Below, piece by piece: positions 19,647-29,481 of a DNA stretch of 43,273 nt (positions are counted from its first letter, which is position 1; the number at the start of each line of letters is the position of its first letter). The notes below the pieces were generated by a model. That model was not told the origin of the DNA. It saw only the letters and a program-made list of their open reading frames with translations, and ran no database searches. The position numbers and the translations under genes are program-made. Origin of the DNA: Candidatus Moraniibacteriota bacterium (GTDB lineage Bacteria > Patescibacteriota > Minisyncoccia > Moranbacterales > UBA9337); contig JALSQF010000003.1 in assembly GCA_026985555.1 (NCBI GenBank), positions 128,605-171,877 of the forward strand, read 5' to 3'.

Positions 19647-19723
19647 ATTTAAAATAAAATTTTCTATTTTTATTTTTCAATCAACTTAATTAGATTGATG
19701 AAAATAAGAATTTAATTTTATAT

Positions 19724-20066
19724 TTCTGGCTATTTAAATATCCATTTAAATGGATATTTAAATAGCCAGAAGGAAAAATAGGTTTTGAAAAATTTAAAAA
19801 TATTTTTGAATTTAAACTTGTTGGTTAAAAAATATATAAAATATTTAGAAAATAGAATTAGAAAAAACTATAAATTGAAAAAATCATTAAAGAAAGTTAG
19901 TTATATATCACTTACAATTTATAAAACCTTTAACTTAATTGAATTCAAAAAATTAGTTTAATAATTAAATAAAAACAACAAAAACATTAAAAAACTTTAA
20001 TTAAAAATGAAAAAACAATTAAAAGGTAGCTCTGTTTTTAAAAAATTTGAAAGGGTTTTAGATGAA
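19724..20066. repeat. Dispersed intergenic element copy B: full 48-bp palindrome (19724-19771) plus AT-rich tail
   Basis: TTCTGGCTATTTAAATATCCATTT|AAATGGATATTTAAATAGCCAGAA; tail matches 5577-5751 with ~124 bp extra (19911-20034). Confidence 0.92.
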
Positions 20067-20161
20067 AGAATTCTTTAAAAAGCTCATTTTTTAAATATTA
20101 AAAGCAAAAATAGTTAGTAGAATATAATTTTTAAGTTATATTAAAATAAATAAAACAAACC

Positions 20162-20189
20162 TTGACATTTAAACGGAGTTTATTATACT
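20162..20189 (+). promoter_or_regulatory. sigma70-type promoter
   Basis: TTGACA, 16 bp, TATACT. Confidence 0.6.
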
Positions 20190-20218
20190 TGTTTTTAGTG
20201 TAAGAAATTAGGGTTTTA

Positions 20219-21496
20219 ATGGATACTTTTCAATTCTTGAAATGGGGGCAAGAAAAGTTAAAATTAAAACTAATAGAAAGGTTAAGCGCTATTAGTAAAC
20301 AAACTAATACGTTAAAATATAAACGTTTCAATTTTAAAAATCTTCAAAAAAAGATTTATCAAATTCAACAACAAATAGCTAACTTTATCAAGAAACGCAG
20401 AACAATTAAATTGTTACATTTGTGGCAAAATTATGCAGCTATGGCAGTAGTTTTTTCTAGCTCTCTTCTAGTTATAACTACTAATACAACAGCGCAAAAT
20501 AGTTCTAGCGGTTTTTTATTTGGATATTGGAAATCAAAAGATGATAAAACAATTTTTTCTCAAAAAAAAGTATTGTCTAGTGATAAAGATAATTTAGCAG
20601 TAATGCCTTTAGCTAAGGCTAATTTAGCTGTTAATGTAGAAAATTTAGAAAGTTTAGAAAAAAATGAAAATCAAGAATCTAATATGGTAATTTCTTCCCA
20701 ACAAGGTTATATGCTAGCTAGCATGAACAAGGGAATGATAATGAAGGATCCTCAAGAAGGAGAAGGGGTAAAAATATACGAAGTGAAAAAAGGAGATACA
20801 GTGGGGAAAATTGCTCAAAATTTTCATGTTACAGTCAATACTATTTTGTGGGCTAATGATATTGAGAATATTAATTCTATTAAACCAGGTGATAAATTAT
20901 TTATTTTACCAGTGGCAGGTTTAATTCATACAGTAAAACAAGGAGAAACTCTAGATAAAATTGCTAAAAAATATAAGGCTAATAAAGATAGAATTATTGC
21001 TTTCAACGACTTACCTGCTAATGGGGAAATTAAAAAAGGAGAAGAAATTATTATTCCTGATGGGCAAAAGGAAACGCCTAAACCAAAAAATAATAACAAT
21101 CGTTTTGGAATTATGCGTCGTTCCTATGCTACTCCTAGCGGTGGAGTAACACGTGTTTCTGGTTGGAAAAAATTAGAGGGTAAGGCTGGCAAGGGTCATC
21201 GCTTTCCTTATGGATATTGCACTTGGTATGTGGCTCAAAAACGTTATGTTCCTTGGGGAGGTAATGCAGGAACATGGCTTTATCATGCTAAGGCCTTAGG
21301 TTACAAGGTGGGAAGAACTCCTCGTAAAGGTGCTATTATGGTAACTTCTGAATCTTGGTGGGGGCATGTGGCTATTGTAGAAAAAGTAAATAAAAAAACC
21401 ATTACGGTTTCTGAAATGAACAGAATAGGATGGGGAAAAGTAAGCAGAAGAACACTTCCTATTAAAAGTCGGGTAATTAAAGGATTTATATATTAA
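20219..21496 (+). CDS. LysM x2 plus CHAP domain peptidoglycan hydrolase
   Basis: YEVKKGDT..KIA and HTVKQGETL.KIA LysM domains; GYCTWYV, WGGNA..W, GHVAIVE, VSEMN CHAP motifs. Confidence 0.92.
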   Translation: MDTFQFLKWGQEKLKLKLIERLSAISKQTNTLKYKRFNFKNLQKKIYQIQQQIANFIKKRRTIKLLHLWQNYAAMAVVFSSSLLVITTNTTAQNSSSGFLFGYWKSKDDKTIFSQKKVLSSDKDNLAVMPLAKANLAVNVENLESLEKNENQESNMVISSQQGYMLASMNKGMIMKDPQEGEGVKIYEVKKGDTVGKIAQNFHVTVNTILWANDIENINSIKPGDKLFILPVAGLIHTVKQGETLDKIAKKYKANKDRIIAFNDLPANGEIKKGEEIIIPDGQKETPKPKNNNNRFGIMRRSYATPSGGVTRVSGWKKLEGKAGKGHRFPYGYCTWYVAQKRYVPWGGNAGTWLYHAKALGYKVGRTPRKGAIMVTSESWWGHVAIVEKVNKKTITVSEMNRIGWGKVSRRTLPIKSRVIKGFIY

Positions 21497-21662
21497 AATT
21501 ATAATTTTCTTAAAATATAAAAAATATCAGATAGAATAAGATTATATTATCAGAAACACTTTTTTTAAAATACAAAATTGTTTATGAAGTGATTGTCTTG
21601 TATAAATATTTTCTTTCTTTTTAAAAATAATATATAATAATTATTATAAATAATTAAAAAAT

Positions 21663-22802
21663 ATGAGGTCAAAAAAAATTAGTTCAGCTGTGGCTTTATC
21701 TCAGAAAATAGGTGGAAAAATAGAGATTTGTTCTAAACAAAAATTAACTCCAAAAAATTTAGCTACATTATACACACCTGGAGTAGCTGATGTTTCTTTA
21801 GCTATAGCTAGAGAAAAAAAATTATCTTTTCAATATAGTATAAGGAAAAATAGCGTGGCTGTTATTTCGGATGGTAGTGCTGTTTTGGGGCTGGGTAATA
21901 TTGGTCCAGAAGCGGCTTTGCCAGTTATGGAAGGAAAAGCCTTACTTTTTAAAGAATTAGCCAAGGTGGATGCTTTTCCTTTAGTTTTAAAGACTCAAAA
22001 CGAAGATGAAATTGTAAAAATAATAAAAAATATTGCGCCAACTTTTGGTGGAATTAATTTAGAAGATATTTCGGCTCCACGTTGTTTTGAGATAGAAGAA
22101 AAACTGAAAAAAGAGATAACTATTCCAATTTTTCATGATGATCAACACGGAACAGCTATAGTTGTTTTAGCGGGATTAATAAATGCTTTAAAAGTAGTGA
22201 AAAAAAAGAAAAATGAAATTAAAATAGTAATTTCTGGTGCTGGAGCGGCTGGCATAGCTATTGCAAAACTTTTGATGAAATATGGGATAAAAAATATTAT
22301 TTTAGCAGATAGTCAAGGAATTATTTATGCAGGAAGGAAAAAACTTAACCAAGCTAAACAAGAAATAGCTCTAAAAACAAATCTAGACAGGATAAAAGGT
22401 AAAATACAAAAAGCATTAGTGAAAGCTGATGTTTTTATTGGCGTTTCTGCTCCTAATATTTTAAAAGCGGAAGACATAAGATTAATGAATAAAAATTCCA
22501 TTGTTTTTGCTATGAGTAATCCTGTGCCAGAAATAATGCCACGAGAAGCCAAAGAAGGAGGGGCAAAAGTTGTAGCTACGGGAAGAAGTGATTTTCCCAA
22601 TCAAATTAATAATGTCTTGGCTTTTCCTGGAATTTTTAGAGGTGTTTTAGATAATCAAGTAAGAATTATTACTAGTAATCATAAAATTAAAGTAGCGGAA
22701 GCAATTGCTAGTTTGATTAAAAAACCTACTTCTGCTAAAATAATACCAAGTATATTTAATAAGCAAGTAGTTAAAAAAGTGGCGCAAGTATTTCAACAAT
22801 AA
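21663..22802 (+). CDS. NAD(P)-dependent malic enzyme
   Basis: YTPGVA, DGSAVLGLGNIG, PVMEGK, NLEDISAPRCF, FHDDQHGT, GAGAAG, NQINNVLAFPG. Confidence 0.96.
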   Translation: MRSKKISSAVALSQKIGGKIEICSKQKLTPKNLATLYTPGVADVSLAIAREKKLSFQYSIRKNSVAVISDGSAVLGLGNIGPEAALPVMEGKALLFKELAKVDAFPLVLKTQNEDEIVKIIKNIAPTFGGINLEDISAPRCFEIEEKLKKEITIPIFHDDQHGTAIVVLAGLINALKVVKKKKNEIKIVISGAGAAGIAIAKLLMKYGIKNIILADSQGIIYAGRKKLNQAKQEIALKTNLDRIKGKIQKALVKADVFIGVSAPNILKAEDIRLMNKNSIVFAMSNPVPEIMPREAKEGGAKVVATGRSDFPNQINNVLAFPGIFRGVLDNQVRIITSNHKIKVAEAIASLIKKPTSAKIIPSIFNKQVVKKVAQVFQQ

Positions 22803-22837
22803 AAACTTTTTGATAATTAACATAAAAACAAAAAAAT

Positions 22838-23278
22838 ATGAAAATTTATAAAAAAGAAATTGTTATTGAAACAAAGAAAGATATAGAGTTTGTTGATATA
22901 ACTGATAAAGTGCAAGAGATTATTGATAATTCTGGAATTAGAGAAGGACAGGTTTTAATTTATATGCCTCATACCACAATGGGTGTAGCGATTAATCATA
23001 ATGAACCAATGCTTTTACAAGATTTTGCTAGAGTACTTTATAGAATTGCTCCTATTGATGATCAATATTCTCATGATCTATTTGAGCTTAAAAAAGCAAC
23101 TAAATCAGATGGAAGAAGCAATGGGCATTCTCATTGTAAGCAAATTATAGTAGGAGGAAGCGAAGTTGTTCCTATAGAAAAAGGAAAAATGTTTTTAACT
23201 GAACGACAAAGTATTTTTGCAGTAGAATTTGATGGTGGAAGAAAACGTAATTTTTTAGTGCAGGTAACTGGTTTATAA
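22838..23278 (+). CDS. yjbQ: YjbQ/UPF0047 family protein
   Basis: DITD.V, PHTT, NGHSH, Q.IF.VEFDG.R.R. Confidence 0.9.
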   Translation: MKIYKKEIVIETKKDIEFVDITDKVQEIIDNSGIREGQVLIYMPHTTMGVAINHNEPMLLQDFARVLYRIAPIDDQYSHDLFELKKATKSDGRSNGHSHCKQIIVGGSEVVPIEKGKMFLTERQSIFAVEFDGGRKRNFLVQVTGL

Positions 23279-23290
23279 TTTTTTTTAAAT

Positions 23291-23911
23291 ATGAATAGTT
23301 TAGTTAATAGTCTAATTGAGCAGGGATATTTAAAGACAAGTGAAATTATTGATGCTTTTGCTAATATAGAAAGGATAGAATTTGTTCCAGAAGAACTAGA
23401 ATCCGAAGCTAATGTAAATATTCCTCTGCCTATTGGTCATGGTCAAACAATTTCACAGCCACTTACTGTAGCTATCATGTTAGAATTACTTAACCCTCAA
23501 AAAAATCAAAATATTTTAGATGTGGGAAGTGGTTCTGGTTGGACTACAGCTTTGTTGGCTTATATCGTAGGACCTAAGGGAAAGGTAACAGGAGTAGAAC
23601 GTATTAAAGAATTAGCAGAATTAGCTCAACGTAATGTTAATAAATTTGGATTCATAGATGAAGGGAGGGTGGAAATATACAATAGTGATGGTAGTCTAGG
23701 ATTAGAGAAAAATGCTCCTTATGATAGAATTTTAGTTTCAGCTATGGCAGAGGAAGTTCCCCAGGCCCTAAAACGACAACTTAAAATAAAAGGCAAAATG
23801 GTTATTCCAGTGAATAATACTATTTGGTATTTAGAAAAAAAAGGAGAAAATGAATTTTATAAAGAAGAGTTTTCTGGTTTTAATTTTGTTCCTCTAGTGG
23901 TAAAAGGTTAA
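23291..23911 (+). CDS. pcm: Protein-L-isoaspartate O-methyltransferase
   Basis: LPIGHGQTISQP, LDVGSGSGW, APYDRILV, FVPL. Confidence 0.95.
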   Translation: MNSLVNSLIEQGYLKTSEIIDAFANIERIEFVPEELESEANVNIPLPIGHGQTISQPLTVAIMLELLNPQKNQNILDVGSGSGWTTALLAYIVGPKGKVTGVERIKELAELAQRNVNKFGFIDEGRVEIYNSDGSLGLEKNAPYDRILVSAMAEEVPQALKRQLKIKGKMVIPVNNTIWYLEKKGENEFYKEEFSGFNFVPLVVKG

Positions 23912-23918
23912 AAATAAA

Positions 23919-24950
23919 ATGAAACTAAATTTTTCTAAAAAATTTTTTCAGATTTTAGTAGTACTAATAGCCTTAACATTAAGCTATTTTTTTTATTTAC
24001 AGAAACAACTTTCTTTAAGGCAGGTTAAGAATAAAGAGGTTGTTAATATAACAATAAAAAAAGGAATGAGCTGGTGGGAAATATGTCAAACTTTTAATCA
24101 AAAAAAAATAATTAACCAATATCAATTAGCTTTTTATCTTTGGAAAAATCATTTAACTAATAAAATTATCGCTAATCAATATCAAATTTCTCCTCAAATT
24201 AATTTGGCAGAGTTAGCTTATCTAATTACGCACGATAAGAAAAAAAATAATCAAAGTCTTAAGATAACTTTTCCTGAAGGTTGGTCTACTCAACAAATGG
24301 CTGAAAAATTGAAAAAAAATAATTTAGATTATGTTAATTTTTTAGAATTATCTCAAAATTCTTCCTTTTTTTATAAAAAATATCATTATTCGTTTTTAAA
24401 AGATGTTCCTACAAAAAATACTTTAGAGGGTTTTTTGTTTCCAGATACTTATTTTTTTTCTAATCAAATTTCAGGAGAAGAAATTATTAAAAAAATGTTA
24501 GATAATTTTGACAGAAAATTAGATAATCAAATGAGAGTAGATATTAAAAAACAGAAAAAAAGTATCTATCAAGTCATTATAATGGCTAGTCTTTTAGAAA
24601 AAGAAGTGAGATCCTTTGAAGATAAGAAAAGAGTGAGCGATATTTTTTGGAGAAGAGTTCAAGATCAATATCCTTTACAAAGTTGCGCTACTCTAGCTTA
24701 TATTTTAAAGAAAAATAAAAAACAATTTTCCTATGCGGATACGCAAATAAATTCACCTTTTAATACTTATAAAAATATTGGATTACCTCCAGCGCCCATT
24801 GATAATCCTGGCAAGGACGCTATTTTAGCGGCTATTTACCCAGAAAAAAATAGTTACTATTTTTTTCTGAACAATCCAGAAACAGGAGAAACAGTTTTTT
24901 CACGAACGTTACAAGAACATAATTTAAACAAGAAAAAGAATGGATTGTAA
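23919..24950 (+). CDS. mltG: Endolytic transglycosylase MltG (YceG family)
   Basis: N-terminal TM; TFPEG, LEGFLFPDTY, MASLLEKE, SPFNTY..GLPP.PI.NPG. Confidence 0.94.
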   Translation: MKLNFSKKFFQILVVLIALTLSYFFYLQKQLSLRQVKNKEVVNITIKKGMSWWEICQTFNQKKIINQYQLAFYLWKNHLTNKIIANQYQISPQINLAELAYLITHDKKKNNQSLKITFPEGWSTQQMAEKLKKNNLDYVNFLELSQNSSFFYKKYHYSFLKDVPTKNTLEGFLFPDTYFFSNQISGEEIIKKMLDNFDRKLDNQMRVDIKKQKKSIYQVIIMASLLEKEVRSFEDKKRVSDIFWRRVQDQYPLQSCATLAYILKKNKKQFSYADTQINSPFNTYKNIGLPPAPIDNPGKDAILAAIYPEKNSYYFFLNNPETGETVFSRTLQEHNLNKKKNGL

Positions 24951-25173
24951 AAGGATATATTAATACAACTAAACTTAAAAATAAATTTTAAATTTAAAAA
25001 ATAAGTTTAGTTTTTTTGCTCTTTTGTGTAAAAATATATTTAATTTCTATTTTTCAACTTTTCTTTTTTTTATTCTTTTATTTTCAATTAGATAAGCTTT
25101 CGTATGCTACTGATCAGTATTTTTTATTAAGAATGATTAGTAAAGATTAGAAGTAGAATAAAGTTTAGAAATA

Positions 25174-25182
25174 TGTTATAAT
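25174..25182 (+). promoter_or_regulatory. Extended -10 element
   Basis: TGTTATAAT; related TGTTATAtT/cT at 28639, 35798 and 36357. Confidence 0.55.
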
Positions 25183-25253
25183 AAAATTAAATATTTATTA
25201 ATGTTGTTTATTTTATTAAAAATAAATAATAAATAAGAGAGGAGGTGTTTTTT

Positions 25254-25940
25254 ATGAATATAGTAGATAATGTTAGTAGCGCAGTTTTTGTTTCCTGGAG
25301 TCAATTATTAACAGAATTTATTAATTTTATCCCAGTTTTTTTAGGTGCCTTATTGGTTTTTGTAGTAGGATTAATAGTGGCTGTTATTTTGGGTAAATTA
25401 ACAACTAAGATCGTAAAATTAACTAGAATAGATACTATAGTTAATGAAGGAAGGTTAGGGAAATATTTAAGAGAGAAAGATTTACAGTTTAATATTTCTA
25501 CTTTATGTGGAGCATTGATTAAATGGTTCTTAATTTTAGTTTCTTTAATGGCGGCAGCAGATATTTTAGATCTTTATCAAGTAACAGAATTTTTGAACAA
25601 TATTATTCTTTATGTTCCTAATATTATAGTAGCAGTTGTAATTTTAAGTATAGCTTTTTTGCTAGGAAATTTTATCTATCGCATAGTTCGTTCTAGTGTT
25701 AAAGCGGCGGGGATAGTCAGCGCTTCTTTTTTAGCTACATTAGCTAAATGGTCAATTATCATTTTTGGATTATTAGCAGCGCTTATTCAATTGGGCATTG
25801 CTAAATCGTTGGCAGAAATTCTTTTTACAGGAATTGTAGCTGCTCTTTCCTTAGCTTTTGGTTTAGCTTTTGGTTTAGGTGGAAAAGAAGAGGCTAGTTT
25901 AATTTTACGTAAAATAAGAGAAGAAATTGAAAAGGATTAA
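25254..25940 (+). CDS. CmpX/MscS-type TM-helix-repeat membrane protein (ATG 25254 behind GGAGGTG)
   Basis: FIP.FLGALLVF.VG, YVPNIIVAVVIL, ALIQLGI, LAFGLAFGLGGKE.A. Confidence 0.8.
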   Translation: MNIVDNVSSAVFVSWSQLLTEFINFIPVFLGALLVFVVGLIVAVILGKLTTKIVKLTRIDTIVNEGRLGKYLREKDLQFNISTLCGALIKWFLILVSLMAAADILDLYQVTEFLNNIILYVPNIIVAVVILSIAFLLGNFIYRIVRSSVKAAGIVSASFLATLAKWSIIIFGLLAALIQLGIAKSLAEILFTGIVAALSLAFGLAFGLGGKEEASLILRKIREEIEKD

Positions 25941-25957
25941 AACTTTTTCTATAAAAA

Positions 25958-25998
25958 ATTCAACTAAAAAATCGGCTCAGCCGATTTTTTAGTTGAAT
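25958..25998. terminator. Bidirectional terminator between convergent genes
   Basis: 20-bp perfect arms ATTCAACTAAAAAATCGGCT-C-AGCCGATTTTTTAGTTGAAT. Confidence 0.85.
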
Positions 25999-26033
25999 AA
26001 TCAAAATATAAAAATATTAGAAAAATAAAATTT

Positions 26034-26888
26034 TTAATTAGAACTAATTTCTAATCCTTCATTTTTCCATTTTTCTGCGTCAAAACCATCTTGAATAACA
26101 GTAACTAAATTAAATCCTAAATCATAAAGCATTACGCCATATTGAAAAGCTTGTTTACCAGTAGAACTATAAAGAATAATGAAATTATCTAAAGCTATCT
26201 TTTGTCGTTCTTTTTCAAGTTTATAAAAAGGTATATTAATAGCGTCTTTAAGATGGTTTTTTTTATATTCTTGATAATTTCGTATATCAACAAAAGTGGT
26301 AAATTTATTTTTCTTTGCTATTATCTTTTTCAATTCCTCTAGATTTATTTGTTTTACTTTGGATTGATCAACGAAAGATTGTATATCTCCTAAAGAAACA
26401 ACAGGATAAGCATTTTTAATCCAATTGGCTAGACCTCCTTCCAAAATAAAAGTATTTTGTTTTTTTTCAGGATTTAAATTTTCCCAAAGAAGTTTGATTT
26501 CTTTATCATTGGCATAATTAGTGATTAGAACATTTAATTTTTCATTAGAATTATAATTAGGGTTATTATTAAAATCTTGAAAATTAATATTACTAGAATC
26601 TAAAATATGTTCTTTTCTATATTCTTGAGAAGAGCGAATATCCAATAAATTATATTTTAGAACATTTTCTTTTTGAATAGCTTGAAATATTTTTTGAGGA
26701 GAAATAGTGGGGTAATTTATTTTTTTTTCGGTTTTTTGAAAGTTATTTTTTTTAGTTGAGAGAGAGGAAGTGGATCGTAAAAAAATAAAACTAACTATTA
26801 AAATAATCAAAATAAAACCAAATAAAATAATTTTATTGGTATTAAAAGGAGTTTTATTTTGATTAAGATGGTTTTTAGTTTGAAACAT
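26034..26888 (-). CDS. Membrane-anchored tandem rhodanese-like domain protein
   Basis: N-terminal TM; LLDIRS.QEY..EHI..S.NI, LEGGL..W; second VDIR..EY...HL..AINIP. Confidence 0.85.
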   Translation of the reverse strand: MFQTKNHLNQNKTPFNTNKIILFGFILIILIVSFIFLRSTSSLSTKKNNFQKTEKKINYPTISPQKIFQAIQKENVLKYNLLDIRSSQEYRKEHILDSSNINFQDFNNNPNYNSNEKLNVLITNYANDKEIKLLWENLNPEKKQNTFILEGGLANWIKNAYPVVSLGDIQSFVDQSKVKQINLEELKKIIAKKNKFTTFVDIRNYQEYKKNHLKDAINIPFYKLEKERQKIALDNFIILYSSTGKQAFQYGVMLYDLGFNLVTVIQDGFDAEKWKNEGLEISSN

Positions 26889-26891
26889 ATA

Positions 26892-27866
26892 TTATTTTAA
26901 AATACTGCCAATAAAGTGAGGATAACCGTTGATAAATTCTTCTATCATAAAAGCAAATTTTCCTTCTAATTGCACTTTTTCTAAATAAATTATTCCTTGT
27001 CCGGTTTGAACAGCTATTTTTTGAGTATTTTCTTCTTTAAAAACTTTGCCTAAGGGAAATTTTTCTGAGGGATTATTTTTATTATAAGATATTTTAATGA
27101 ATTTAATTCTTTTTAATGTTTCTCTGTCATTCCAAAAAGCAAAAATTCCTGGCCAGGGATAGAGAGCGCGATATTGATTATAGATTTCTTTAGCTGTTTT
27201 TTCAAAAAATATTCTTCCGTCATTTCTTTCAATTAATTGACAAAGAGTAGCTTTAGACTCGTCTTGTTGGCGCGGTTCTATTTTTTGATTTATCCAAAGA
27301 GGAATGGTTTGAACCAATAAATCTCCTCCTAATTCAGCTAATTTTTGTTCTAAAGTTAAAAATGTATCATATTTACTAATATTTTGTTCTTTTTGAGAAA
27401 CAATATCTCCTGTATCAATATTTTCATTCATAATTATAATAGTAACACCTGTTTTTCTTTTTCCTTTCCAGAGAGCATTTTGAATAGGAGATGGTCCTCT
27501 AAGTTTAGGTAATAATGAAGCGTGAACATTAAGACAATTGAAGGTAGGAATTTCTAATACTTCTGGAGGTAGTATTTTTCCATAATCAGCTACAATGATT
27601 AAATCAGGGGATATTTCTTTTAATTTTTCAATTTCTTGTTTATCAAACTTTTTAGGTTGAAATACTTTTATTTTATTTTTTTGAGCTAGATGTTTAACTG
27701 GAGTAGGGATAACTTCTTGCTTTCTTCCAACAGGTTTATCTATTTGCGTATAAACAGCTGTGATATTATACTCTCTTTCCAAGAGAGAAGCGAGAATTTT
27801 TTTGGCGAAATTAGAAGTCCCCATAAAAACAAGATTAATAGAATTAGGTTTTATTTTGAGTTTCAT
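26892..27866 (-). CDS. fmt: Methionyl-tRNA formyltransferase
   Basis: VFMGTS.FA, DKPVGR, NVHASLLP.LRG.SPIQ, D.GDI, PWPG. Confidence 0.97.
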   Translation of the reverse strand: MKLKIKPNSINLVFMGTSNFAKKILASLLEREYNITAVYTQIDKPVGRKQEVIPTPVKHLAQKNKIKVFQPKKFDKQEIEKLKEISPDLIIVADYGKILPPEVLEIPTFNCLNVHASLLPKLRGPSPIQNALWKGKRKTGVTIIIMNENIDTGDIVSQKEQNISKYDTFLTLEQKLAELGGDLLVQTIPLWINQKIEPRQQDESKATLCQLIERNDGRIFFEKTAKEIYNQYRALYPWPGIFAFWNDRETLKRIKFIKISYNKNNPSEKFPLGKVFKEENTQKIAVQTGQGIIYLEKVQLEGKFAFMIEEFINGYPHFIGSILK

Positions 27867-27890
27867 ATTTTTTGTTATTTTTTATTTAAA

Positions 27891-28394
27891 TTATTTAGAA
27901 TTAGTATAATCAATAAATAGTTTTCCTTGCAAATGATCAACTTCATGTTGGATTATTCTAGCTAGCATTCCTTCAGCCATTAATTTTTTTCTTTTTCCTG
28001 AAACGGTTAAATATTGAAGTGATATTTTATTTGATCTTTTTACATTTAAAAATTTTCCAGGAAAACTAAGACAACCTTCTTCGGCTACGTTTTTTTCTTG
28101 GGAAAAAAACGTAATTTTAGGATTTATAAGAATATAAATTTTATTTTGAAAATCTATCACACATAAATTTTTGGCCTGATTAATCTGAGGAGCAGCTAAA
28201 CCAAGCCCGTTGTTATTTTTCATTGTGATTAACATACTCTGAATAAGTTGTTGAATTTCAGGTTTAGTAGGATCTTTAATATCTTCAGTTTTTTGGCGTA
28301 AAATAGGATGTGGATAAATGACGATAGGTAAAGATTGTTTTATTTTTATTGAAAAAATATTTGAATTATGATTATTAGTAAAAAAGTTATCCAT
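27891..28394 (-). CDS. def: Peptide deformylase
   Basis: GLGLAAPQI, EGCLS, QHEVDHLQG. Confidence 0.97.
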   Translation of the reverse strand: MDNFFTNNHNSNIFSIKIKQSLPIVIYPHPILRQKTEDIKDPTKPEIQQLIQSMLITMKNNNGLGLAAPQINQAKNLCVIDFQNKIYILINPKITFFSQEKNVAEEGCLSFPGKFLNVKRSNKISLQYLTVSGKRKKLMAEGMLARIIQHEVDHLQGKLFIDYTNSK

Positions 28395-28498
28395 AGAAGA
28401 TTTAAACAGTTTGTAATTTAAAAACTTATTCCATCCTTTAATTTTACTTTAGCATATTTTTAGCATTAAACAAGTTTATTTATTAAATTAAATTTTTC

Positions 28499-28546
28499 TT
28501 CTGGCTATTTAAATATCCATTTAAATGGATATTTAAATAGCCAGAA
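28499..28546. repeat. Dispersed element copy C: 48-bp perfect palindrome between divergent def and tpiA
   Basis: Identical to 19724-19771. Confidence 0.95.
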
Positions 28547-28659
28547 AGTATTTTTAAATTTTTAAACTTAATTTTTTTAAATTTTTTTCAAGAAAAATTT
28601 TTAAAATATGATGTTAGTTGGAAATTTAAATTAAAATATGTTATATTAAATTTAAATGT

Positions 28660-29448
28660 ATGTTATTAAAAGATAATAAAAAAATTATCATAGCCAACTT
28701 GAAAATGAATATCCTCTCTCTTAGAGAAAGAGATTTGTTTTGGTCATCATTAACTAAAGAAAGTAAGCTAACAAAAAAACAAATTAAAAATAAAACAGAG
28801 GTTATTATCTGTCCCCCATCTATTTATTTAGAAAGTTTCGTAAAACGATTTAAAAAAAATCAGTGGATTAATATAGGAGCACAAAATATTCATTGGGAGA
28901 AAAAAGGGGCTTTTACAGGAGAAATTTCAGTTCCTATGCTTAAGGGTTTGGACATAAAATGGAGCATAATTGGTCATAGTGAAAGAAGAAAATATTTTTG
29001 TGAGACAGATGAAATAGTTAATCAAAAAATATTAATAGCTTTAAAAAACGATATTTTGCCTATTTTTTGCACAGGAGAAACAGCGAAAGAAAAAGAAAAA
29101 GGAAAAAGAAAAGAAGTTTTAACTAATCAAATAATAAAAGGATTAAATCAAGTTAGTAAAGCTAGAGTAGAGAAAATAATTTTTGCCTATGAGCCAGTTT
29201 GGGCGATTGGCACAGGAGAAACACCTTCTGCAGACGACATATTAGAAGCGCGTTTGTTGATTAAAAAAATAATAGCTAAAAAATACAGTCTTAAAATAGC
29301 TGAAAAAATAAAAATAATTTATGGAGGTTCAGTTGTTTCTAAAAATGCTAACCAAGTAATTCTAAAAAGCCAAATGGACGGTGCTTTGGTAGGAGGAGCA
29401 AGCCTTTATCCTAAAGAATTTTTTAAAATAATTGCAAAGATAGTTTAA
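28660..29448 (+). CDS. tpiA: Triosephosphate isomerase
   Basis: NLKMN, GAFTGEIS, IIGHSERR, AYEPVWAIGTG, YGGSV, LVGGASL. Confidence 0.98.
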   Translation: MLLKDNKKIIIANLKMNILSLRERDLFWSSLTKESKLTKKQIKNKTEVIICPPSIYLESFVKRFKKNQWINIGAQNIHWEKKGAFTGEISVPMLKGLDIKWSIIGHSERRKYFCETDEIVNQKILIALKNDILPIFCTGETAKEKEKGKRKEVLTNQIIKGLNQVSKARVEKIIFAYEPVWAIGTGETPSADDILEARLLIKKIIAKKYSLKIAEKIKIIYGGSVVSKNANQVILKSQMDGALVGGASLYPKEFFKIIAKIV

Positions 29449-29481
29449 ATTTATTTCCAATAAAAACTAAAATTAAAAAAT

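Noticed and set aside
24967-25012. Inverted repeat AACTAAACTTA/TAAGTTTAGTT after mltG
   Set aside because: AT-rich 11-bp stem with a 24-nt loop; at most a weak terminator and not confidently callable.
28309-28317. Second TGTGGATAA DnaA-box match
   Set aside because: Lies inside def coding sequence (YPH codons); probably coincidental.
19724-28546. Palindrome copies as CRISPR repeats or ends of a composite transposon
   Set aside because: Copies are kilobases apart with no spacers or cas genes; the enclosed genes are housekeeping; no transposase or evident target-site duplication.
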